Shown: positions 38,401-51,346 of the stretch, one piece after another
Numbering within the stretch: position 1 is the first letter of the stretch
Layout: each line of letters opens with the position of its first letter
NCBI GenBank assembly: GCA_964016885.1
Contig: OZ024740.1
Location: 14,818,001-14,882,000, forward strand
DNA length: 64,000 nt
Direction: 5' to 3'
Source: Eledone cirrhosa
Lineage: Eukaryota
Position numbers and translations under genes: made by a program
Notes under the pieces: model-generated
Told to the model about the DNA's origin: nothing
What the model saw: the letters and a program-made list of their open reading frames with translations, nothing else
Database searches by the model: none

Positions 38401-41400
38401 CCAGAATATGGAAAGTCCTCAAATGAAAGGAATCAAAGCCAGAATATGGAAAATCCTCAAATGAGAGGAATCAAAGCCAGAATATGGAAAGTCCTCAAAT
38501 GAGAGGAATCCAAGCCAGAATATGGAAAGTCCTCAAATGAGAGGAATCAAAGCCAGAATATGGAAATTCCTCAAATGAGAGGAATCAAAGCCAGAATATG
38601 GAAAGTCCTCAAATGAAAGGAATCAAAGCCAGAATATGGAAAGTCCTCAAATGAAAGGAATCAAAGCCAGAATATGGAAAGTCCTCAAATGAGAGGAATC
38701 AAAGCCAGAATATGGAAAGTCCTCAAATGAAAGGAATCAAAGCCAGAATATGGAAAGTCCTCAAATGAGAGGAATCAAAGCCAGAATATGGAAAGTCCTC
38801 AAATGAAAGGAATCAAAGCCAGAATATGGAAAGTCCTCAAATGAAAGGAATCAAAGCCAGAATATGGAAAGTTCTCAAATGAGAGGAATCCAAGCCAGAA
38901 TATGGAAAGTCCTCAAATGAGAGGAATCAAAGCCAGAATATGGAAATTCCTCAAATGAGAGGAATCAAAGCCAGAATATGGAAAGTCCTCAAATGAAAGG
39001 AATCAAAGCCAGAATATGGAAAGTCCTCAAATGAAAGGAATCAAAGCCAGAATATGGAAAGTCCTAAAATGAGAGGAATCAAAGCCAGAATATGGAAAGT
39101 CCTCAAATGAAAGGAATCAAAGCCAGAATATGGAAAGTCCTCAAATGAGAGGAATCAAAGCCAGAATATGGAAAGTCCTCAAATGAGAGGAATCAAAGCC
39201 AGAATATGGAAATTCCTCAAATGAAAGGAATCAAAGCCAGAATATGGAAAGTCCTCAAATGAAAGGAATCAAAGCCAGAATATGGAAAGTCCTCAAATGA
39301 GAGGAATCAAAGCCAGAATATGGAAAGTCCTCAAATGAAAGGAATCAAAGCCAGAATATGGAAAGTCCTCAAATGAGAGGAATGAAAGCCAGAATATGGA
39401 AAGTCCTCAAATGAGAGGAATCAAAGCCAGAATATGGAAATTCCTCAAATGAGAGGAATCAAAGCCAGAATATGGAAAGTCCTCAAATGAAAGGAATCAA
39501 AGCCAGAATATGGAAAGTCCTCAAATGAAAGGAATCATAGCCAGAATATGGAAAGTCCTCAAATGAGAGGAATCAAAGCCAGAATATGGAAAGTCCTCAA
39601 ATGAAAGGAATCAAAGCCAGAATATGGAAAGTCCTCAAATGAGAGGAATGAAAGCCAGAATATGGAAAGTCCTCAAATGAGAGGAATCAAAGCCAGAATA
39701 TGGAAATTCCTCAAATGAGAGGAATCAAAGCCAGAATATGGAAAGTCCTCAAATGAAAGGAATCAAAGCCAGAATATGGAAAGTCCTCAAATGAAAGGAA
39801 TCATAGCCAGAATATGGAAAGTCCTCAAATGAGAGGAATCAAAGCCAGAATATGGAAAGTCCTCAAATGAAAGGAATCAAAGCCAGAATATGGAAAGTCC
39901 TCAAATGAGAGGAATGAAAGCCAGAATATGGAAAGTCCTCAAATGAGAGGAATCAAAGCCAGAATATGGAAATTCCTCAAATGAGAGGAATCAAAGCCAG
40001 AATATGGAAAGTCCTCAAATGAAAGGAATCAAAGCCAGAATATGGAAAGTCCTCCAATGAAAGGAATCAAAGCCAGAATATGGAAAGTCCTCAAATGAGA
40101 GGAATCAAAGCCAGAATATGGAAAGTCCTCAAATGAAAGGAATCAAAGCCAGAATATGGAAAGTCCTCAAATGAGAGGAATCAAAGCCAGAATATGGAAA
40201 GTCCTCAAATGAGAGGAATCAAAGCTGGAAAATGGAAATTCCTCAAATGAGAGGAATCAAAGCCAGAATATGGAAAGTCCTCAAATGAAAGGAATCAAAG
40301 CCAGAATATGGAAAGTCCTCAAATGAAAGGAATCAAAGCCAGAATATGGAAAGTCCTCAAATGAGAGGAATCCAAGCCAGAATATGGAAAGTCCTCAAAT
40401 GAGAGGAATCAAAGCCAGAATATGGAAATTCCTCAAATGAGAGGAATCAAAGCCAGAATATGGAAAGTCCTCAAATGAAAGGAATCAAAGCCAGAATATG
40501 GAAAGTCCTCAAATGAGAGGAATCAAAGCCAGAATATGGAAAGTCCTCAAATGAAAGGAATCAAAGTCAGAATATGGAAAGTCCTCAAATGAAAGGAATC
40601 AAAGCCAGAATATGGAAAGTCCTCAAATGAAAGGAATCAAAGCCAGAATATGGAAAGTCCTGAAATGAGAGGAATCAAAGCCAGAATATGGAAATTGCTC
40701 AAATGAGAGGAATCAATGCCAGAATATGGAAAGTCCTCAAATGAAAGGAATCAAAGCCAGAATATGGAAAGTCCTCAAATGAAAGGAATCAAAGCCAGAA
40801 TATGGAAAGTCCTCAAATGAAAGGAATCAAAGCCAGAATATGGAAAGTCCTCAAATGAGAGGAATCAAAGCCAGAATATGGAAAGTCCTCAAATGAGAGG
40901 AATCAAAGCCAGAATATGGAAAGTCCTCAAATGAAAGGAATCAAAGCCAGAATATGGAAAGTCCTCAAATGGGAGGAATCAAAGCCAGAATAAGGAAAGT
41001 CCTCAAATGAGAGGAATCAAAGCCAGAAAATGGAAAGTCCTCAAATGAAAGGAATCAAAGCCAGAATATGGAAAGTCCTCAAATGAGAGGAATCAAAGCC
41101 AGAATATGGAAAGTCCTCAAATGAGAGGAATCAAAGCCAGAATATGGAAAGTCCTCAAATGAGAGGAATCAAAGTCAGAATATGGAAAGTCCTCAAATGA
41201 AAGCAATCAAAGCCAGAATATGGAAAGTCCTCAAATGAAAGGAATCAAAGCCAGAATATGGAAAGTCCTCAAATGAGAGGAATCAAAGCCAGAATATGGA
41301 AAGTCCTCGAATGAAAGGAATCAAAGCCAGAATATGGAAAGTCCTCGAAAGAAAGGAATCAAAGCCAGAATATGGAAAGTCCTCGAATGAAAGGAATCAA

Positions 41401-44380
41401 AGCCAGAATATGGAAAGTCCTCAAATGAGAGGAATAAAAGCCAGAATATGGAAAGTCCTCAAATGAAAGGAATCAAAGCCAGAATATGGAAAGTCCTCGA
41501 ATGAAAAGAATCAAAGCCAGAATATGGAAAGTCCTCGAATGAAAGGAATCAAAGCCAGAATATGGAAAGTCCTCGAATGAAAGGAATCAAAGCCAGAATA
41601 TGGAAAGTCCTCGAATGAAAGGAATCAAAGCCAGAATATGGAAAGTCCTCAAATGAAAGGAATCAAAGCCAGAATATGGAAAGTCCTCAAATGAGAGGAA
41701 TCAAAGCCAGAATATGGAAAGTCCTCAAATGAAAGGAATCAAAGCCAGAATATGGAAAGTCCTCAAATGAAAGGAATCGAAGCCAGAATATGGAAAGTCC
41801 TCAAATGAAAGGAATCAAAGCCAGAATATGGAAAGTCCTCAAAAGAGAGGAATCAAAGCCAGAATATGGAAAGTCCTCGAATGAAAGGAATCGAAGCCAG
41901 AATATGAAAAGTCCTCAAATGAAAGGAATCAAAGCCAGAATATGGAAAGTCCTCAAATGAGAGGAATCAAAGCCAGAATATGGAAAGTCCTCAAATGAAA
42001 GGAATCAAAGCCAGAATATGGAAAGTCCTCAAATGAGAGGAATCAAAGCCAGAATATGGAAAGTCCTCAAATGAGAGGAATCAAAGCCAGAATATGGAAA
42101 TTCCTCAAATGAGAGGAATCAAAGCCAGAATATGGAAAGTCCTCAAATGAAAGGAATCAAAGCCAGAATATGGAAAGTCCTCGAATGAAAGGAATCAAAG
42201 CCAGAATATGGAAAGTCCTCGAATAAAAGGAATCAAAGCCAGAATATGGAAAGTCCTCGAATGAGAGGAATCAAAGCCAGAATATGGAAAGTCCTCGAAT
42301 GAAAGGAATCAAAGCCAGAATATGGAAAGTCCTCGAATGAAAGGAATCAAAGCCAGAATATGGAAAGTCCTCAAATGAAAGGAATCAAAGCCAGAATATG
42401 GAAAGTCCTCAAATGAAAGGAATCAAAGCCAGAATATGGAAAGTCCTCAAAAGAGAGGAATCAAAGCCAGAATATGGAAAGTCCTCGAATGAAAGGAATC
42501 AAAGCCAGAATATGGAAAGTCCTCAAATGAAAGGAATCAAAGCCAGAATATGGAAAGTCCTCAAATGAAAGGAATCAAAGCCAGAATATGGAATGTCCTT
42601 GAATGAAAGGAATAAAAGCCAGAATATGGAAAGTCCTCAAATGAAAGCAATCAAAGCCAGAATATGGAAAGTCCTCGAATGAAAGGAATCAAAGCCAGAA
42701 TATGGAAAGTCCTCAAATGAGAGGAATCAAAGCCAGAATATGGAAAGTCCTCGAATGAAAGGAATCAAAGCCAGAATATGGAAAGTCCTCGAAAGAAAGG
42801 AAAAAAGCCTGAATATGGAAAGGCCTCGAATGAAAGGAATCAAAGCCAGAATATGGAAAGTCCTCAAATGAGAGGAATAAAAGCCAGAATATGGAAAGTC
42901 CTCAAATGAAAGGAATCAAAGCCAGAATATGGAAAGTCCTCGAATGAAAGGAATCAAAGCCAGAATATGGAAAGTCCTCAAATGAAAGGAATCAAAGCCA
43001 GAATATGGAAAGTCCTCAAATGAAAGGAATCAAAGCCAGAATATGGAAAGTCCTCAAATGAGAGGAATCAAAGCCAGAATATGGAAAGTCCTCGAATGAA
43101 AGGAATCAAAGCCAGAATATGGAAAGTCCTCAAATGAAAGGAATCAAAGCCAGAATATGGAAAGTCCTCAAATGAGAGGAATCAAAGCCAGAATATGGAA
43201 AGTCCTCAAATGAAAGGAATCAAAGCCAGAATATGGAAAGTCCTCAAATGAGAGGAATCAAAGCCAGAATATGGAAAGTCCTCAAATGAGAGGAATCAAA
43301 GCCAGAATATGGAAATTCCTCAAATGAGAGGAATCAAAGCCAGAATATGGAAAGTCCTCAAATGAAAGGAATCAAAGCCAGAATATGGAAAGTCCTCGAA
43401 TGAAAGGAATCAAAGCCAGAATATGGAAAGTCCTCGAATGAAAGGAATCAAAGCCAGAATATGGAAAGTCCTCAAATGAATGGAATCAAAGCCAGAATAT
43501 GGAAAGTCCTCAAATGAGAGGAATCAAAGCCAGAATATGGAAAGTCCTCAAATGAAAGGAATCAAAGCCAGAATATGGAAAGTCCTCAAATGAGAGGAAT
43601 CAAAGCCAGAATATGGAAAGTCCTCAAATGAAAGGAATCAAAGCCAGAATATGGAAAGTCCTCAAATGAAAGGAATCAAAGCCAGAATATTGAAAGTCCT
43701 CAAATGAAAGGAATCAAAGCCAGAATATGGAAAGTCCTCGAATGAAAGGAATCAAAGCCAGAATATGGAAAGTCCTCAAATGAAAGGAATCAAAGCCAGA
43801 ATATGGAAAGTCCTCAAATGAAAGGAATCAAAGCCAGAATATGGAAAGTCCTCAAATGAAAGGAATCAAATCCAGAATATGGAAAGTCCTCAAATGAAAG
43901 GAATCAAAGCCAGAATATGAAAAGTCCTCAAATGAGAGGAATCAAAGCCAGAATATGGAAAGTCCTCAAATGAAAGGAATCAAAGCCAGAATATGGAAAG
44001 TCCTCAAATGAAAGGAATCAAAGCCAGAATATGGAAAGTCCTCAAATGAGAGGAATCAAAGCCAGAATATGGAAAGTCCTCAAATGAGAGGAATCAAAGC
44101 CAGAATATGGAAAGTCCTCAAATGAAAGGAATCAAAGCCAGAATATGGAAGGTCCTCAAATGAGAGGATCAAGGCCAGAATAAGGAAAGTCCTCAAATGA
44201 GAGGAATCAAAGCCAGAAAATGGAAAGTCCTCAAATGAAAGGAATCAAAGCCAGAATATGGAAAGTCCTCAAATGAGAGGAATCAAAGCCAGAATATGGA
44301 AAGTCCTCAAATGAGAGGAATCAAAGCCAGAATATGGAAAGTCCTCAAATGAGAGGAATCAAAGCCAGAATATGGAAAGT
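29450..44380 (+). repeat. Large segmental duplication: about 29.5-35.2 kb copied at about 38.5-44.4 kb (offset 9081-9157 bp, 239-241 monomers)
   Basis: GTTCTC at 29792/38873 (9081). AAAGCTGGAAAATGG at 31069/40226 (9157). GATCAAGGCCAGAATAAGG at 35011/44167 (9156). ATTGCTC..CAATGCC, TGGGAGG, AAAGCAATC, GGAATGTCCTTG, ATATTGAAAG and CAAATCCAG occur in the same order in both copies. Confidence 0.92.
30200..30990 (+). repeat. Local 7-monomer (266-bp) higher-order repeat, about 3 copies; repeated at about 39.36-40.15 kb
   Basis: C30G (GGAATGAAAG) at 30227, 30493 and 30759. CATAGCC at 30381 and 30647. T11 monomers follow the same 266-bp period. The same trio recurs at 39384, 39650 and 39916. Confidence 0.88.
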
Positions 44381-47300
44381 CCTCAAATGAAAGGAATCAA
44401 AGCCAGAATATGGAAAGTCCTCAAATGAAAGGAATCAAAGCCAGAATATGGAATGTCCTTGAATGAAAGGAATAAAAGCCAGAATATGGAAAGTCCTCAA
44501 ATGAAAGCAATCAAAGCCAGAATATGGAAAGTCCTCGAATGAAAGGAATCAAAGCCAGAATATGGAAAGTCCTCAAATGAGAGGAATCAAAGCCAGAATA
44601 TGGAAAGTCCTCGAATGAAAGGAATCAAAGCCAGAATATGGAAAGTCCTCGAAAGAAAGGAATCAAAGCCAGAATATGGAAAGTCCTCGAATGAAAGGAA
44701 TCAAAGCCAGAATATGGAAAGTCCTCAAATGAGAGGAATAAAAGCCAGAATATGGAAAGTCCTCAAATGAAAGGAATCAAAGCCAGAATATGGAAAGTCC
44801 TCGAATGAAACGAATCAAAGCCAGAATATGGAAAGTCCTCGAATGAAAGGAATCAAAGCCAGAATATGGAAAGTCCTCGAATGAAAGGAATCAAAGCCAG
44901 AATATGGAAAGTCCTCAAATGAAAGGAATCAAAGCCAGAATATGGAAAGTCCTCAAATGAGAGGAATCAAAGCCAGAATATGGAAAGTCCTCGAATGAAA
45001 GGAATCAAAGCCAGAATATGGAAAGTCCTCAAATGAAAGGAATCAAAGCCAGAATATGGAAAGTCCTCAAAAGAGAGGAATCAAAGCCAGAATATGGAAA
45101 GTCCTCGAATGAAAGGAATCAAAGCCAGAATATGGAAAGTCCTCAAATGAAAGGAATCAAAGCCAGAATATGGAAAGTCCTCAAATGAGAGGAATCAAAG
45201 CCAGAATATGGAAAGTCCTCAAATGAAAGGAATCAAAGCCAGAATATGGAAAGTCCTCAAATGAAAGGAATCGAAGCCAGAATATGGAAAGTCCTCAAAT
45301 GAAAGGAATCAAAGCCAGAATATGGAAAGTCCTCAAAAGAGAGGAATCAAAGCCAGAATATGGAAAGTCCTCGAATGAAAGGAATCAAAGCCAGAATATG
45401 AAAAGTCCTCAAATGAAAGGAATCAAAGCCAGAATATGGAAAGTCCTCAAATGAGAGGAATCAAAGCCAGAATATGGAAAGTCCTCAAATGAAAGGGATC
45501 AAAGCCAGAATATGGAAAGTCCTCAAATGAGAGGAATCAAAGCCAGAATATGGAAAGTCCTCAAATGAGAGGAATCAATGCCAGAATATGGAAAGTCCTC
45601 AAATGAAAGGAATCAAAGCCAGAATATGGAAAGTCCTCAAATGAGAGGAATAAAAGCCAGAATATGGAAAGTCCTCAAATGAAAGGAATCAAAGCCAGAA
45701 TATGGAAAGTCCTCGAATGAAAAGAATCAAAGCCAGAATATGGAAAGTCCTCGAATGAAAGGAATCAAAGCCAGAATATGGAAAGTCCTCGAATGAAAGG
45801 AATCAAAGCCAGAATATGGAAAGTCCTCGAATGAAAGGAATCAAAGCCAGAATATGGAAAGTCCTCAAATGAAAGGAATCAAAGCCAGAATATGGAAAGT
45901 CCTCAAATGAGAGGAATCAAAGCCAGAATATGGAAAGTCCTCAAATGAAAGGAATCAAAGCCAGAATATGGAAAGTCCTCAAATGAAAGGAATCGAAGCC
46001 AGAATATGGAAAGTCCTCAAATGAAAGGAATCAAAGCCAGAATATGGAAAGTCCTCAAAAGAGAGGAATCAAAGCCAGAATATGGAAAGTCCTCGAATGA
46101 AAGGAATCGAAGCCAGAATATGAAAAGTCCTCAAATGAAAGGAATCAAAGCCAGAATATGGAAAGTCCTCAAATGAGAGGAATCAAAGCCAGAATATGGA
46201 AAGTCCTCAAATGAAAGGAATCAAAGCCAGAATATGGAAAGTCCTCAAATGAGAGGAATCAAAGCCAGAATATGGAAAGTCCTCAAATGAGAGGAATCAA
46301 AGCCAGAATATGGAAATTCCTCAAATGAGAGGAATCAAAGCCAGAATATGGAAAGTCCTCAAATGAAAGGAATCAAAGCCAGAATATGGAAAGTCCTCGA
46401 ATGAAAGGAATCAAAGCCAGAATATGGAAAGTCCTCGAATGAAACGAATCAAAGCCAGAATATGGAAAGTCCTCGAATGAGAGGAATCAAAGCCAGAATA
46501 TGGAAAGTCCTCGAATGAAAGGAATCAAAGCCAGAATATGGAAAGTCCTCGAATGAAAGGAATCAAAGCCAGAATATGGAAAGTCCTCAAATGAAAGGAA
46601 TCAAAGCCAGAATATGGAAAGTCCTCAAATGAAAGGAATCAAAGCCAGAATATGGAAAGTCCTCAAAAGAGAGGAATCAAAGCCAGAATATGGAAAGTCC
46701 TCGAATGAAAGGAATCAAAGCCAGAATATGGAAAGTCCTCAAATGAAAGGAATCAAAGCCAGAATATGGAAAGTCCTCAAATGAAAGGAATCAAAGCCAG
46801 AATATGGAATGTCCTTGAATGAAAGGAATAAAAGCCAGAATATGGAAAGTCCTCAAATGAAAGCAATCAAAGCCAGAATATGGAAAGTCCTCGAATGAAA
46901 GGAATCAAAGCCAGAATATGGAAAGTCCTCAAATGAGAGGAATCAAAGCCAGAATATGGAAAGTCCTCGAATGAAAGGAATCAAAGCCAGAATATGGAAA
47001 GTCCTCGAAAGAAAGGAAAAAAGCCTGAATATGGAAAGGCCTCGAATGAAAGGAATCAAAGCCAGAATATGGAAAGTCCTCAAATGAGAGGAATAAAAGC
47101 CAGAATATGGAAAGTCCTCAAATGAAAGGAATCAAAGCCAGAATATGGAAAGTCCTCGAATGAAAGGAATCAAAGCCAGAATATGGAAAGTCCTCAAATG
47201 AAAGGAATCAAAGCCAGAATATGGAAAGTCCTCAAATGAAAGGAATCAAAGCCAGAATATGGAAAGTCCTCAAATGAGAGGAATCAAAGCCAGAATATGG

Positions 47301-49760
47301 AAAGTCCTCGAATGAAAGGAATCAAAGCCAGAATATGGAAAGTCCTCAAATGAAAGGAATCAAAGCCAGAATATGGAAAGTCCTCAAATGAGAGGAATCA
47401 AAGCCAGAATATGGAAAGTCCTCAAATGAAAGGAATCAAAGCCAGAATATGGAAAGTCCTCAAATGAGAGGAATCAAAGCCAGAATATGGAAAGTCCTCA
47501 AATGAGAGGAATCAAAGCCAGAATATGGAAATTCCTCAAATGAGAGGAATCAAAGCCAGAATATGGAAAGTCCTCAAATGAAAGGAATCAAAGCCAGAAT
47601 ATGGAAAGTCCTCGAATGAAAGGAATCAAAGCCAGAATATGGAAAGTCCTCGAATGAAAGGAATCAAAGCCAGAATATGGAAAGTCCTCAAATGAATGGA
47701 ATCAAAGCCAGAATATGGAAAGTCCTCAAATGAGAGGAATCAAAGCCAGAATATGGAAAGTCCTCAAATGAAAGGAATCAAAGCCAGAATATGGAAAGTC
47801 CTCAAATGAGAGGAATCAAAGCCAGAATATGGAAAGTCCTCAAATGAAAGGAATCAAAGCCAGAATATGGAAAGTCCTCAAATGAAAGGAATCAAAGCCA
47901 GAATATTGAAAGTCCTCAAATGAAAGGAATCAAAGCCAGAATATGGAAAGTCCTCGAATGAAAGGAATCAAAGCCAGAATATGGAAAGTCCTCAAATGAA
48001 AGGAATCAAAGCCAGAATATGGAAAGTCCTCAAATGAAAGGAATCAAAGCCAGAATATGGAAAGTCCTCAAATGAAAGGAATCAAATCCAGAATATGGAA
48101 AGTCCTCAAATGAAAGGAATCAAAGCCAGAATATGAAAAGTCCTCAAATGAGAGGAATCAAAGCCAGAATATGGAAAGTCCTCAAATGAAAGGAATCAAA
48201 GCCAGAATATGGAAAGTCCTCAAATGAAAGGAATCAAAGCCAGAATATGGAAAGTCCTCAAATGAGAGGAATCAAAGCCAGAATATGGAAAGTCCTCAAA
48301 TGAGAGGAATCAAAGCCAGAATATGGAAAGTCCTCAAATGAAAGGAATCAAAGCCAGAATATGGAAGGTCCTCAAATGAGAGGATCAAGGCCAGAATAAG
48401 GAAAGTCCTCAAATGAGAGGAATCAAAGCCAGAAAATGGAAAGTCCTCAAATGAAAGGAATCAAAGCCAGAATATGGAAAGTCCTCAAATGAGAGGAATC
48501 AAAGCCAGAATATGGAAAGTCCTCAAATGAGAGGAATCAAAGCCAGAATATGGAAAGTCCTCAAATGAGAGGAATCAAAGCCAGAATATGGAAAGTCCTC
48601 AAACGAAAGGAATCAAAGCCAGAATATGGAATGTCCTTGAATGAAAGGAATAAAAGCCAGAATATGGAAAGTCCTCAAATGAAAGCAATCAAAGCCAGAA
48701 TATGGAAAGTCCTCGAATGAAAGGAATCAAAGCCAGAATATGGAAAGTCCTCAAATGAGAGGAATCAAAGCCAGAATATGGAAAGTCCTCGAATGAAAGG
48801 AATCAAAGCCAGAATATGGAAAGTCCTCGAAAGAAAGGAATCAAAGCCAGAATATGGAAAGTCCTCGAATGAAAGGAATCAAAGCCAGAATATGGAAAGT
48901 CCTCAAATGAGAGGAATAAAAGCCAGAATATGGAAAGTCCTCAAATGAAAGGAATCAAAGCCAGAATATGGAAAGTCCTCGAATGAAACGAATCAAAGCC
49001 AGAATATGGAAAGTCCTCGAATGAAAGGAATCAAAGCCAGAATATGGAAAGTCCTCGAATGAAAGGAATCAAAGCCAGAATATGGAAAGTCCTCAAATGA
49101 AAGGAATCAAAGCCAGAATATGGAAAGTCCTCAAATGAGAGGAATCAAAGCCAGAATATGGAAAGTCCTCGAATGAAAGGAATCAAAGCCAGAATATGGA
49201 AAGTCCTCAAATGAAAGGAATCAAAGCCAGAATATGGAAAGTCCTCAAAAGAGAGGAATCAAAGCCAGAATATGGAAAGTCCTCGAATGAAAGGAATCAA
49301 AGCCAGAATATGGAAAGTCCTCAAATGAAAGGAATCAAAGCCAGAATATGGAAAGTCCTCAAATGAGAGGAATCAAAGCCAGAATATGGAAAGTCCTCAA
49401 ATGAAAGGAATCAAAGCCAGAATATGGAAAGTCCTCAAATGAAAGGAATCGAAGCCAGAATATGGAAAGTCCTCAAATGAAAGGAATCAAAGCCAGAATA
49501 TGGAAAGTCCTCAAAAGAGAGGAATCAAAGCCAGAATATGGAAAGTCCTCGAATGAAAGGAATCAAAGCCAGAATATGAAAAGTCCTCAAATGAAAGGAA
49601 TCAAAGCCAGAATATGGAAAGTCCTCAAATGAGAGGAATCAAAGCCAGAATATGGAAAGTCCTCAAATGAAAGGGATCAAAGCCAGAATATGGAAAGTCC
49701 TCAAATGAGAGGAATCAAAGCCAGAATATGGAAAGTCCTCAAATGAGAGGAATCAAAGCC
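41410..49760 (+). repeat. Tandem duplication, about 4.2 kb unit (110-111 monomers)
   Basis: GAAAGAAAGGAAAAAAGCCTGAATATGGAAAGGCCTC at 42791/47007 (4216 = 111x38-2). GATCAAGGCC at 44167/48383 (4216). GAAAGGGATC at 45491/49669 (4178 = 110x38-2). Confidence 0.92.
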
Positions 49761-51346
49761 AGAATATGGAAATTCCTCAAATGAGAGGAATCAAAGCCAG
49801 AATATGGAAAGTCCTCAAATGAAAGGAATCAAAGCCAGAATATGGAAAGTCCTCGAATGAAAGGAATCAAAGCCAGAATATGGAAAGTCCTCGAATAAAA
49901 GGAATCAAAGCCAGAATATGGAAAGTCCTCGAATGAGAGGAATCAAAGCCAGAATATGGAAAGTCCTCGAATGAAAGGAATCAAAGCCAGAATATGGAAA
50001 GTCCTCGAATGAAAGGAATCAAAGCCAGAATATGGAAAGTTCACAAATGAAAGGAATCAAAGCCAGAATATGGAAAGTCCTCAAATGAAAGGAATCAAAG
50101 CCAGAATATGGAAAGTCCTCAAAAGAGAGGAATCAAAGCCAGAATATGGAAAGTCCTCGAATGAAAGGAATCAAAGCCAGAATATGGAAAGTCCTCAAAT
50201 GAAAGGAATCAAAGCCAGAATATGGAAAGTCCTCAAATGAGAGGAATCAAAGCCAGAATATGGAAAGTCCTCAAATGAAAGGAATCAAAGCCAGAATATG
50301 GAAAGTCTTCAAATGAAAGGAATCAAAGCCAGAATATGGAAAGTCCTCAAATGAAAGGAATCAAAGCCAGAATATGGAAAGTCCTGAAATAAGAGGAATC
50401 AAAGCCAGAATATGGAAATTGCTCAAATGAGAGGAATCAATGCCAGAATATGGAAAGTCCTCAAATGAAAGGAAACAAAGCCAGAATATGGAAAGTCCTC
50501 AAATGAAAGGAATCAAAGCCAGAATATGGAAAGTCCTCAAATGAAAGGAATCAAAGCCAGAATATGGAAAGTCCTCAAATGAGAGGAATCAAAGCCAGAA
50601 TATGGAAAGTCCTCAAATGAGAGGAATCAAAGCCAGAATATGGAAAGTCCTCAAATGAAAGGAATCAAAGCCAGAATATGGAAAGTCCTCAAATGAGAGG
50701 AATCAAAGCCAGAATAAGGAAAGTCCTCAAATGAGAGGAATCAAAGCCAGAAAATGGAAAGTCCTCAAATGAAAGGAATCAAAGCCAGAATATGGAAAGT
50801 CCTCAAATGAGAGGAATCATAGCCAGAATATGGAAAGTCCTCAAATGAGAGGAATCAAAGCCAGAATATGGAAAGTCCTCAAATGAGAGGAATCAAAGCC
50901 AGAATATGGAAAGTCCTCAAATGAAAGCAATCAAAGCCAGAATATGGAAAGTCCTCAAATGAAAGGAATCAAAGCCAGAATATGGAATGTCCTTGAATGA
51001 AAGGAATAAAAGCCAGAATATGGAAAGTCCTCAAATGAAAGCAATCAAAGCCAGAATATGGAAAGTCCTCGAATGAAAGGAATCAAAGCCAGAATATGGA
51101 AAGTCCTCAAATGAGAGGAATCAAAGCCAGAATATGGAAAGTCCTCGAATGAAAGGAATCAAAGCCAGAATATGGAAAGTCCTCGAAAGAAAGGAATCAA
51201 AGCCAGAATATGGAAAGTCCTCGAATGAAAGGAATCAAAGCCAGAATATGGAAAGTCCTCAAATGAGAGGAATAAAAGCCAGAATATGGAAAGTCCTCAA
51301 ATGAAAGGAATCAAAGCCAGAATATGGAAAGTCCTCGAATGAAACG

